37,506 bases of DNA, taken from assembly GCA_030637205.1 (NCBI GenBank), contig DAOVVL010000001.1, forward strand, positions 1 through 37,506, in the 5' to 3' direction. This document shows, piece after piece, positions 16,576-23,760 of this stretch. Positions within the stretch are counted from its first letter, which is position 1. Each line of letters begins with the position of its first letter. The translations under genes were made by a program, and so were the position numbers. The notes under the pieces were generated by a model that saw only the letters and a list, made by a program, of their open reading frames with translations, was not told the DNA's origin and searched no databases. Source of the DNA: Thalassospiraceae bacterium (GTDB lineage Bacteria > Pseudomonadota > Alphaproteobacteria > Rhodospirillales > Magnetovibrionaceae).

Positions 16576-16740
16576 TCAAAATCCCTCATGCCTAATATCG
16601 GTTAAAGAATCAGCCGGGTGGTTCTTCGCATGGCGGATAATGCGGCGAACGCGGCCTCGGCGCCAGATCAGGAGCCAGAGGCCGATCGCCCCAAATGCGG
16701 TCAAGATGATGGCGATGAGAAAGGTTAAAAATCCGGTCAT
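16576..16740 (-). CDS. Small single-TM protein (54 aa, MTGFLTFLIAIILTAFGAIGLWLLIWRRGR...)
   Basis: ATG 16740 overlaps the upstream stop (ATGA). The longer track ORF (to 16869) overlaps the upstream gene. Confidence 0.5.
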   Translation of the reverse strand: MTGFLTFLIAIILTAFGAIGLWLLIWRRGRVRRIIRHAKNHPADSLTDIRHEGF

Positions 16741-16946
16741 GCCGCCCTCTCTTGCCGCCTGAAGGACAATTCCCTTTCGATCAGCGTAATGAGGCGCTTC
16801 TCGTCGGGCGATTGCATGTCCGCGTTGTAAATCTGGCTGTGCCGGCTTTCCAGCTGCCATTGCGGCCAAGAGTGAAGCGGGCGGTCCAGGTTTTTACCCT
16901 GAACCAAGTCGTTCATCTTTTTGATGTCTTCGGTCTGGGCGCTCAT
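16737..16946 (-). CDS. Hypothetical protein (69 aa, start MSAQTEDIKK)
   Basis: GAGGA lies 7 nt upstream of ATG 16946. The track start at 17081 overlaps the upstream small gene. Confidence 0.55.
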   Translation of the reverse strand: MSAQTEDIKKMNDLVQGKNLDRPLHSWPQWQLESRHSQIYNADMQSPDEKRLITLIERELSFRRQERAA

Positions 16947-16956
16947 GATAATATCC

Positions 16957-17133
16957 TCAATCATCAAGGTTGACGCGGCCAGTATCCCAAAGGGCGGCGC
17001 GTAATTTAGAGGCGGACACGGTGAGTTGATCGGGCATAGAGAGGCGATCAAACGCAGCTTGCATATCGGCCTTGGCAACATGCTGACCGTCCTGTACGGC
17101 CTTTGCGGTCTTGGTGGCGGTTATGATATTCAT
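16957..17133 (-). CDS. Hypothetical protein (58 aa), first gene of the leftward operon
   Basis: Not in the ORF track. AAGGGGAAAG SD lies 6 nt upstream of ATG 17133. Confidence 0.5.
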   Translation of the reverse strand: MNIITATKTAKAVQDGQHVAKADMQAAFDRLSMPDQLTVSASKLRAALWDTGRVNLDD

Positions 17134-17280
17134 GATTTTCTTTCCCCTTTAGGTTAGTAGTTTCCGTCCTCTTCAACTTTGGATATATTCCCACACAAAG
17201 GGGAAAGGCGCAAGTGAATAATCCCAATATAATGAGATTTTTTCCTTGCATCCCCCAAACGGATGGGATTAAGGTGGGGC
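17134..17280. promoter_or_regulatory. Divergent early control region
   Basis: A 147-nt gap separates the first leftward gene from the HTH gene. It contains a perfect TATAAT at 17228..17233 (+), inverted AATCCC/GGGATT at 17220..17225 and 17265..17270, and a TTCCC..GGGAA inverted repeat at about 17189..17206. Confidence 0.4.
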
Positions 17281-17502
17281 ATGACCGATATCAACCAAAA
17301 CATTCTGGCTGTGCGCGAATATATCGCCCAGAAGCCAATGAAACCCTACAGATTGGCGATCAACGCCGGATTATCCAAAAACGCCCTTGCGGGGGTGGAT
17401 AGCGACGCCTGGTCGCCCACTGCGGACACTTTGCGGACTGTGGAGGCCTATATGAAGGAAAACCCTCCACCGCCCCCACAAGCCAACGACGGGGCAGATT
17501 AG
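17281..17502 (+). CDS. Cro/CI-type helix-turn-helix regulator (73 aa)
   Basis: MTDINQNILAVREYIAQKPMKPYRLAINAGLSKNALAGV is an XRE-like HTH. AAGGTGG lies 4 nt upstream. The gene is divergent from the leftward operon. Confidence 0.6.
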   Translation: MTDINQNILAVREYIAQKPMKPYRLAINAGLSKNALAGVDSDAWSPTADTLRTVEAYMKENPPPPPQANDGAD

Positions 17503-17607
17503 CCCCATTTATTCAGGGTCGAGCATTCGCCGCCCTGATAGGCTGGGGCTACCACCTCAGCCGGGTCGAGCCTTATTCAACCCAAGGCTCCAACCTCCCA
17601 TTGACTA

Positions 17608-17657
17608 CCGGACCCGGCTCCCGTTCCCCCCTCCTCTCGCCGGGTCCGGGCTTTTTT
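17608..17657 (+). terminator. Rho-independent terminator
   Basis: CCGGACCCGGC (17608..17618) pairs with GCCGGGTCCGG (17639..17649), followed by GC and TTTTTT (17652..17657). Confidence 0.7.
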
Positions 17658-17678
17658 AACCCAAACGGAGAACTCCCC

Positions 17679-18041
17679 ATGGCAGAACAATTGAAGGCCG
17701 GAACGGTCGACAACCCGAAGCACAACGTGCAGGCGATGAACAAGGCCATCGTTGATGGCTTTCAAGAACGCTTTAAGCAGGAAATGGAAGTCGCCAAGGC
17801 CGAAGAACGCCACATGAAGCCCCTGAAAGACACCCTCAAAAAACACAAACGGAATATGAAGGCCGACACCGGCATCGATGGCATTGATCTGGACAACCAG
17901 TATCGAGTCTACAAGCGCCAGGAACAGGCCAAACTTCTCGAAGAAGACGACTCCATGCGGATTGCCGATAATCTCCGCATTGTTTACGAAGCCATGGCCC
18001 AAGGCGGCCAGTTGGACTTCGTCGACAGTCTGGGCAAATGA
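17679..18041 (+). CDS. Coiled-coil protein (120 aa), possibly DUF2312/GapR-like
   Basis: ATG 17679 has GGAGAA upstream. The segment KADTGIDGIDLDNQYRVYKRQEQAKLLEEDD loosely resembles the GapR core (..GFDVKVLKKVVRIRKQDRAKRQEEDA). The similarity is weak. Confidence 0.4.
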   Translation: MAEQLKAGTVDNPKHNVQAMNKAIVDGFQERFKQEMEVAKAEERHMKPLKDTLKKHKRNMKADTGIDGIDLDNQYRVYKRQEQAKLLEEDDSMRIADNLRIVYEAMAQGGQLDFVDSLGK

Positions 18042-18042
18042 T

Positions 18043-18561
18043 ATGACGACTGTGCTGGCCCTTGATATTGCCTTTGTGACCGGGTTTGCTTATGGCCCGG
18101 TCACGGCACAATCCCTGACAGCATTGGAGGCTGCGGCGACTAAAACAATAAAACCTTTTTCCGGCGAAGAACGTGTGGTCCCCAAAGGCTCAAGCATTGG
18201 TGAGGCCCTTGACCATTACGAAAAATGGCTGAGCGAATTGATTGAGATCGTCCAGCCGGAGATCCTGATTTTTGAAGCGCCCATTTTCACATCCAAAACA
18301 GCATTCGACACCGCCAGAAAACTGATCGGCATGGCCGGGATTACAGAAATGGTGGCGAAAAGAAAAGGCATCCGGGACCGTGATGTTTTTGAAGGCAACA
18401 ACCAAACAGTCAAATCACATTTTGCAGGCACAGGCCGCGCCGATAAGGGCGCCATGGTCGCCGCCTGCCAGCAGCGCGGCTGGGATATCGAAGCCGGCAA
18501 CCATAATGAAGCAGATGCTTTGGCGTTGTTTGATTACGCCACGGCCTGTCTGGTGAAATAG
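18043..18561 (+). CDS. RuvC-like Holliday junction resolvase
   Basis: MTTVLALDIAFVTGFAYG (catalytic D), ILIFEAPIF (E) and NHNEADALALFDY (C-terminal acidic/His motif). ATG 18043 lies 2 nt after the upstream stop. Confidence 0.75.
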   Translation: MTTVLALDIAFVTGFAYGPVTAQSLTALEAAATKTIKPFSGEERVVPKGSSIGEALDHYEKWLSELIEIVQPEILIFEAPIFTSKTAFDTARKLIGMAGITEMVAKRKGIRDRDVFEGNNQTVKSHFAGTGRADKGAMVAACQQRGWDIEAGNHNEADALALFDYATACLVK

Positions 18562-18570
18562 GAGGACAGC

Positions 18571-18678
18571 ATGAAGGACGCGCTAGGAATTGCCTTAGGG
18601 ATAATTGGTGTTATTGGATTGACACTTTTTGCATGGCGTATGTATTCCGGCACTGCGCCGGGCACTCCGCTGTTTTGA
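18571..18678 (+). CDS. Possible 35-aa single-TM peptide (MKDALGIALGIIGVIGLTLFAWRMYSGTAPGTPLF)
   Basis: AGGAGG SD lies 5 nt upstream. The ORF fills the gap between RuvC and the next ORF. Confidence 0.45.
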   Translation: MKDALGIALGIIGVIGLTLFAWRMYSGTAPGTPLF

Positions 18679-18690
18679 AACGAGGGAACC

Positions 18691-18897
18691 ATGGGAAACC
18701 ACCCAAAGATCGACAAATGCCCGATTGAGAACCTCCGGGACGTAATCCTAGCAGGCGAAGAGCCAAGGGAAGTCGAGGTCACGGCGGCGATGGTGAAGGC
18801 CCAAGATATTAAAACTCTCGCCAAAGGGCTGCTCAAACCCCAAGCCCAGAACGTGAACCAAGTGCGGCGCGTTCCCCACCTGGGCCTGATCGCATGA
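18691..18897 (+). CDS. Hypothetical protein (68 aa)
   Basis: GAGGGAA upstream, and its stop overlaps the HNH ATG (ATGA). Confidence 0.55.
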   Translation: MGNHPKIDKCPIENLRDVILAGEEPREVEVTAAMVKAQDIKTLAKGLLKPQAQNVNQVRRVPHLGLIA

Positions 18898-19271
18898 CCA
18901 AGCGCCGCGCCATGACTCCGGCCCGGAAGGCCCGGATTATGGTGGCGCATGACGAGAAGTGCTGGCGCTGCAAGGAAGGCTTTGAGAACGCCGAAAAGGT
19001 CGAGTTCGATCACAAGCTGGCCCTTGCAAGGGGAGGCACCGATGACGACGAGAATATTGGCCCTTGCCATGTTCATTGCCATAAATTGAAAACCTTTGGA
19101 GGTTCCACCAAGCTGGGCGCCGATATATTTGAAATTGCCAAGACCAAGCGGCTGGCGAAGAAGCACCGCGAACCGAAGAAATCAAAACACAAATGGCCCA
19201 GTCGGGGCTTTGGCAATTCTGGTTTCAAGAAGAAGTTGAACGGCACAGTGGTGAGAAAGGAGGAGGAATGA
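18894..19271 (+). CDS. HNH endonuclease
   Basis: CWRC...FDHKLALARGGTDDDENIGPCHVHCHKLK is a canonical HNH/zinc-finger core. Confidence 0.8.
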   Translation: MTKRRAMTPARKARIMVAHDEKCWRCKEGFENAEKVEFDHKLALARGGTDDDENIGPCHVHCHKLKTFGGSTKLGADIFEIAKTKRLAKKHREPKKSKHKWPSRGFGNSGFKKKLNGTVVRKEEE

Positions 19272-19609
19272 GACTTGTGATTGTGGAAAGCCCGTTTGCG
19301 GGCGACGTCGAAACCAACACCACCTATGCCCGCGCAGCCCTGCGCGACTGCCTGAACCGTGGCGAGGCTCCTTATGCAAGCCACCTCTTGTATACACAGA
19401 TCGGTGTGCTGAATGACAACAACCCAGAAGAGCGGCAGCACGGGATTGACGCTGGTATCGCTTGGGCTGCTCTTGCCGACGCGGTAGTTGTGTATACAGA
19501 TTTGGGCATATCCGCAGGCATGAAATATGGCATCAATGAACACGCAGAAGCTGGCCACATCATTGAATACCGGACCATCCCTGGATGGCGCGAAAGGATC
19601 AAGCCATGA
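19268..19609 (+). CDS. Hypothetical protein (113 aa), nucleoside 2-deoxyribosyltransferase-like (DUF4406-type) fold suspected
   Basis: GGAGGAGGA upstream, and ATG overlaps the HNH stop. The pattern VIVESPFAG..N..YA......RGEAPYASHLLY....ADAVVVYTDLGISAGM resembles that family. This rests on memory only. Confidence 0.4.
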   Translation: MRLVIVESPFAGDVETNTTYARAALRDCLNRGEAPYASHLLYTQIGVLNDNNPEERQHGIDAGIAWAALADAVVVYTDLGISAGMKYGINEHAEAGHIIEYRTIPGWRERIKP

Positions 19610-20004
19610 GCGGGCGCCACATCTTTTACGTTGGGGCAGATCCGGAACGGTATAAAACCGAGATTGCCGCCATTCGAGAATGCTTCGCCAGCCTCGACAA
19701 ATCGAAACGCTGGAAGGTGGTGCTGGAGCCATACGTCAAACGCCGAAGCAAGGGCCAAGACGGGCTGGTGAGAATTTGGGACGGAAAAATTGCGGACTTC
19801 ACAGGCGACGACCAAGCGTCGGTCCATGATTATCTGGTCAAGAAGTTCTGCCCGGTGAAGCATGTCACGATCGCCGGGGATGAGGTGGAGGTCCAATCCA
19901 CCAAGTATCTCAACACCCAAGAAATGAGCGATTATATGACGCGGATGGAAGCCTGGGCGGCCACAACGCTTCACTTCACGCTGCCGCCGGCTGAGAACAA
20001 ATAG
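19606..20004 (+). CDS. Hypothetical protein (132 aa), possibly NinB/Orf-like recombination mediator
   Basis: ATG overlaps the upstream stop (ATGA). Weak pattern: RRSKGQDGLVRIW....STKYLNTQEMSDYMTRMEAWAA. Confidence 0.35.
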   Translation: MSGRHIFYVGADPERYKTEIAAIRECFASLDKSKRWKVVLEPYVKRRSKGQDGLVRIWDGKIADFTGDDQASVHDYLVKKFCPVKHVTIAGDEVEVQSTKYLNTQEMSDYMTRMEAWAATTLHFTLPPAENK

Positions 20005-20013
20005 GGGGACAAA

Positions 20014-20142
20014 ATGTGGGACGATTGGGAAAACTTTGACTTTGAAGTCGAAAGGCTTCTGTGGATATTCGGTGTGGTGATTGTCGGAATAATCGCCGCC
20101 ATCTTTGTCATCAGCATTGCCGCAGGGATTTTAGAACCATGA
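20014..20142 (+). CDS. Possible 42-aa single-TM peptide (MWDDWENFDFEVERLLWIFGVVIVGIIAAIFVISIAAGILEP)
   Basis: GGGGGA SD lies 5 nt upstream. Its stop overlaps the DnaB ATG (ATGA). Confidence 0.45.
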   Translation: MWDDWENFDFEVERLLWIFGVVIVGIIAAIFVISIAAGILEP

Positions 20143-21599
20143 ACGACGCCGAACAATACCAACCAGAACCAGAAGAACAGCCCGAAGAGATGCCCGCCAA
20201 CATAGAGGCAGAAATGGGGCTGCTCGGCACAATAATGAACCAGAACGAGGTTTATGATCAGATTTGCGACATCGTGAAGGCAGAGCATTTCGCCTATCCA
20301 GAACACGCCCGGATATTTGAGGTCTGCACTGATCTGATCAACAGCGATCACTCCGCCGATGTGGTCTCGGTGGGCCACAAATTAAAGCCCGAGGACGGAG
20401 TTGACGGTGAGCTTTTGGCCGCCATCTTTGCCAGCTTCGCCGGCCCGGTCCACGCGCGGGGGTACGCCGCAGTTATTCGCGATCTGTTTTTAAGGCGGAG
20501 TTTGATTGTGCTGGGCCGCGATATAGAGGCCTCGGCACACGAAGAACAGGACGGGGCCCAAATTGTCGAAGAAGCTGAACGGCACCTTTCGGAACTGGTT
20601 GGTGACAGCGCCACGGAAAACACCAAGACCCGGAGCGAATTATCCAGCCAAACCCTCACCATCCTTGAGCGCAAATACAACGACCCCCACAAATTGACGG
20701 GCCTGTCCACTGGCATTGCAACGCTGGACCGAATCGTGATGGGGCTGGAAGCGCCGCATTTGATTATTCTGGCAGGGCGCCCAGGGATGGGAAAGACCGC
20801 CTTGGCCCAGCTTATGGCGATGACCGCAGCCCGGAAACACGCAGAAACGGATGGAGAGGAGGGCGCGCCGGTTGGGTTCTTTTCCTTGGAAATGTCGGCG
20901 GACGAACTGAACACTCGGTTTATCGCCGATGAGGCAAATATCCCGATCGGCACTCTGCGCTCTGGCCTATACGATAAAATGAACCGCGTCGCGGAATGGA
21001 ACAAAGTGGTTGAGCATGGCCAGAGGTTGGCCACGTATCCCCTTTATATCGATGACAGGGGCGGGGCCAGCGCCATGGCCATCAGGGCGCGCGCAAGGCG
21101 CATGAAACGCCGCCACGGGCTGGGTCTGGTGGTTGTTGACCAGTTGAGCCATATCGTGGCTGATCCGCGCTTAAAACGTGTTGAGGCGCTTGGACAGACA
21201 ACCAAAGATATGAAGATGATGGCGAAAGAACTTGAGGTTCCGGTGGTGTTGCTTCATCAGCTTTCTCGCGCGGTTGAAATGCGGGACGATAAGCGCCCCG
21301 TGCTTTCAGACTTGCGGGATAGCGGAGAAATTGAACAGGACGCCGATGTGGTTCTATTTGCCTTCAGGGAGCAATATTATCTGGAGCGCGAAGAGCCAGC
21401 CCAACGGGCCACCGAGACCGTCGAACAATTTGTTGGCCGCCAGGGGATTTGGTCGGAGAGACTGAGACACGCCACCAACCGGGCCGAGATCATTGTTGGC
21501 AAGCAGCGTATGGGCGGGATTGGACGGGCCAAGGCCTCATTTGAAGGCCAATATACCCGGTTTGGAAATATTGAATACCAGCAGGAGGAGATGCTCTGA
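20139..21599 (+). CDS. dnaB: Replicative DNA helicase DnaB
   Basis: N-terminal NIEAEMGLLGTIM, Walker A GRPGMGKTALA, Walker B LVVVDQLS, and LSRAVEMRDDKRPVLSDLRDSGEIEQDADVV. Start taken at ATG 20139, coupled to the upstream micro-ORF. Confidence 0.9.
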   Translation: MNDAEQYQPEPEEQPEEMPANIEAEMGLLGTIMNQNEVYDQICDIVKAEHFAYPEHARIFEVCTDLINSDHSADVVSVGHKLKPEDGVDGELLAAIFASFAGPVHARGYAAVIRDLFLRRSLIVLGRDIEASAHEEQDGAQIVEEAERHLSELVGDSATENTKTRSELSSQTLTILERKYNDPHKLTGLSTGIATLDRIVMGLEAPHLIILAGRPGMGKTALAQLMAMTAARKHAETDGEEGAPVGFFSLEMSADELNTRFIADEANIPIGTLRSGLYDKMNRVAEWNKVVEHGQRLATYPLYIDDRGGASAMAIRARARRMKRRHGLGLVVVDQLSHIVADPRLKRVEALGQTTKDMKMMAKELEVPVVLLHQLSRAVEMRDDKRPVLSDLRDSGEIEQDADVVLFAFREQYYLEREEPAQRATETVEQFVGRQGIWSERLRHATNRAEIIVGKQRMGGIGRAKASFEGQYTRFGNIEYQQEEML

Positions 21600-22621
21600 T
21601 GGCCGAACTACCGCAAATGCCATGGTTCCCGAGGGATTACCAGGCCGACACCCGGCACTTGACCCTCGAAGAACACGGCGCCTATCGGATGCTGCTGGAC
21701 CTTCTCTGGATCGGAAACTGCAAGGGGCTGCCCACTGATGACAAGCGGCTGGCCCGGATGCTTGGGATCACCGAGCGCAAATGGCTAACCATAAAAGAGG
21801 CAGTTTTGGAGTTCTTCGACGAAAGTGGGGGGAGCTTATTTAATTCCCGTGTGCTTAAGGAGTGGGAATTTGTTTCGCGAAAGGTCGAGGCGAACAGAGC
21901 CAACGCGATAAAAGGTGGAAAGGCTAGAGCTTTGAAAAACAAACAAACCGCTCCAGCCAACGGCGCAGCCAAAGGGGTGCCAAACCCGAGCGAAACCCTG
22001 CTAACGCAGACGCATACGCATACGCATAAGAACTTAACCGAAACCGAGGACGACGCTACCCCGTTGCCTGACGAGGCGACACCCGAGGTGCTTGATGAGA
22101 TAGATTTGGAAATACCAGAAAGTATGCGCCGAGAATCTAAACCGAAAGCCACCGACCTGATCGCGGCCTTCGATAAAATCCGGGCCGAGATTTATGGCGA
22201 AAATATGGCGCGGCCTTGGCCCAATCAATCCGACCACACCACCGCCCAGCAATGGCTGGACAACGGCGCCACCGTCGAAATGGTGGAGGGCGTGCTGCGC
22301 GGGGCGATGGCCGGGATGCAGGGGCGCAACGACGATCCTCCCGAACTGCTCAAGTTTTTCCAGAGGTCGATCGCTGGGGCCATCAAGCAATCCAAGCAGC
22401 CAATGCCCGAAGGCTTCCCAGAACGCAAGGGTGGGCGCCAAGGCCCGGTTGGCTTACACGCCGACGCCGAGACAAACCGATGGGACGGCTTGGTCGCTGG
22501 ATATTTCAAGGATGGCTTCTGGCCGGGGATGGTTGGGCCAACTCCACATGAGGACGGATGCGAAGCACCGCCAGAATTGATTGAAAAATACAGGCCGAAA
22601 GAGGAAACCAATGGGTTATAG
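21599..22621 (+). CDS. DUF1376 (YdaU-like) replication-associated protein, putative replisome organiser
   Basis: The N-terminus MPWFPRDYQADTRHLTLEEHGAYRMLLDLLW is the DUF1376 signature. ATG overlaps the DnaB stop. Confidence 0.65.
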   Translation: MAELPQMPWFPRDYQADTRHLTLEEHGAYRMLLDLLWIGNCKGLPTDDKRLARMLGITERKWLTIKEAVLEFFDESGGSLFNSRVLKEWEFVSRKVEANRANAIKGGKARALKNKQTAPANGAAKGVPNPSETLLTQTHTHTHKNLTETEDDATPLPDEATPEVLDEIDLEIPESMRRESKPKATDLIAAFDKIRAEIYGENMARPWPNQSDHTTAQQWLDNGATVEMVEGVLRGAMAGMQGRNDDPPELLKFFQRSIAGAIKQSKQPMPEGFPERKGGRQGPVGLHADAETNRWDGLVAGYFKDGFWPGMVGPTPHEDGCEAPPELIEKYRPKEETNGL

Positions 22622-23471
22622 GCTGCAGGTTCTCGATCTTTTCTCAGGAATCGGCGGTTTTTCGCTTGGCTTAGAAAACACAGGTGGTTTTGAAACCGTG
22701 GCCTTCTGTGAAATTGACCCATACGCCCAGAAGGTTTTGAAAAAACACTGGCCTGATGTGCCAATTTTTGAAGACGTTAAGGAATTGAAGGGAAACGAAG
22801 TTGGACCAATTGACCTTATTTGCGGCGGATACCCATGCCAGCCCTTCTCCGTTGCCGGGGAGCGACGAGGCACGGAAGATGACCGCCACCTCTGGCCGGA
22901 AGTGTATCGGATCGTGGTTGCCGAACGGCCCGATTGGTGCCTGTTTGAGAATGTTGTTGGGCACATCACGATGGGCCTCGACGAAGTGCTTTCTGACTTG
23001 GAAGCCGCAGGATACACCGTCTGGACGTTTGTTATTCCGGCTGTCGCCGTCGATGCCCCGCACCGCCGCGATCGGGTCTGGATTGTGGGCCACCGCCAGC
23101 GCGAGGGATTGGAAAGACACGCCGGGCATGGCAACGACCGGGATCAACCCGGACGGCAGCGAGAGAATGCGCCTCGACCAACTGGCGCGCCAGGTCTACG
23201 CATCCCTGTGGCCGACGCCAACGGCCTGTTGCCACCAGAACCCCGGAGAACACGGCCAGGGGGGGCAAAATCTGGTAACGGAAGTGTGCCGGCAACCAGA
23301 CGGGGCGATGCCGACTACTGGCTCCCTGAATCCGCAGTGGGTCGAGTGGCTAATGGGATTCCCCGAAGGGTGGACCGACTTAGATGCTTAGGAAACGCGG
23401 TGGTTCCTCAAGTAGTTGAAATGATCGGTCGTGCAATTTTAGAAGCAGAAGGAGAAAGCCCCAATGGATAG
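22611..23471 (+). CDS. DNA (cytosine-5) methyltransferase, short form
   Basis: Motif I LFSGIGGFSLG, motif IV GGYPCQPFS, motif VI ENV, motif VIII APHRRDRVWIVG and motif X LGNAVVPQV are all in one uninterrupted frame. GAGGAAA SD lies upstream of ATG 22611. Confidence 0.9.
   Translation: MGYRLQVLDLFSGIGGFSLGLENTGGFETVAFCEIDPYAQKVLKKHWPDVPIFEDVKELKGNEVGPIDLICGGYPCQPFSVAGERRGTEDDRHLWPEVYRIVVAERPDWCLFENVVGHITMGLDEVLSDLEAAGYTVWTFVIPAVAVDAPHRRDRVWIVGHRQREGLERHAGHGNDRDQPGRQRENAPRPTGAPGLRIPVADANGLLPPEPRRTRPGGAKSGNGSVPATRRGDADYWLPESAVGRVANGIPRRVDRLRCLGNAVVPQVVEMIGRAILEAEGESPNG
22801..23391 (+). CDS. Candidate overprinted ORF in the +1 frame of the C5-MTase gene (196 aa from TTG 22801, or 170 aa from ATG 22879)
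   Basis: The frame is open from the stop at 22786..22788 to TAG 23389..23391. GAAGGGA lies 7 nt upstream of the TTG. The translation contains SGLWATASARDWKD, WPTPTA and a C-terminal LNPQWVEWLMGFPEGWTDL, which I recognise as signatures of phage MTase-associated proteins. See findings. Confidence 0.4.
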   Translation: MDQLTLFAADTHASPSPLPGSDEARKMTATSGRKCIGSWLPNGPIGACLRMLLGTSRWASTKCFLTWKPQDTPSGRLLFRLSPSMPRTAAIGSGLWATASARDWKDTPGMATTGINPDGSERMRLDQLARQVYASLWPTPTACCHQNPGEHGQGGQNLVTEVCRQPDGAMPTTGSLNPQWVEWLMGFPEGWTDLDA

Positions 23472-23760
23472 CCCCACCGAAGCGGAGAAGGCGGCTGCGT
23501 ACGCGGCCACCAAGATTGAACTGCCCTTAACGGATGACGGTGAGATTGATTGGATGAAAGCACGAATCTTGGTGGCGTCCGAAGTCGAAATGGCAAAGTT
23601 TGGCGCCGGTGATCCTGTGGGCATTCTCAAAGCCATCGCAGCCCACGAACGTGGACAATGCGCGAAGGTGGCCGAAAAAGACTGGTCTGCCTTCTCTTTC
23701 GCTTCGCCAAGATATATGAGGCGCACCGCCCAAGCCATCCGAAAAAGGCGTCCACTGTGA
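23464..23760 (+). CDS. Hypothetical protein (98 aa)
   Basis: ATG overlaps the MTase 3' end by 8 nt. No motif recognised. Confidence 0.55.
   Translation: MDSPTEAEKAAAYAATKIELPLTDDGEIDWMKARILVASEVEMAKFGAGDPVGILKAIAAHERGQCAKVAEKDWSAFSFASPRYMRRTAQAIRKRRPL

Noticed and set aside
17048-17251. A 67-aa reverse ORF in the early control region.
   Set aside because: It would occupy the promoter region and has no SD. The 58-aa ORF 16957..17133, with a strong AAGGGGAAAG SD, explains the region better.
17516-17571. GGGTCGAGC direct repeats considered as a tRNA T-arm fragment or attP core.
   Set aside because: No cloverleaf can be drawn, the T-loop consensus GGTTCGA is not matched, and the genome has no integrase. 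The observation is kept only as a note within the switch-region finding.
22010-22027. An (ACGCAT)x3 microsatellite.
   Set aside because: It is in frame within the DUF1376 gene, encoding THTHTH in a linker. It has only three units and is probably insignificant.
22611-23471. Calling the C5-MTase a frameshifted pseudogene.
   Set aside because: Frame 0 is intact from motif I through motif X, with a plausible short-form C-terminus. The second-frame signal is therefore reported as a finding, not as gene decay.
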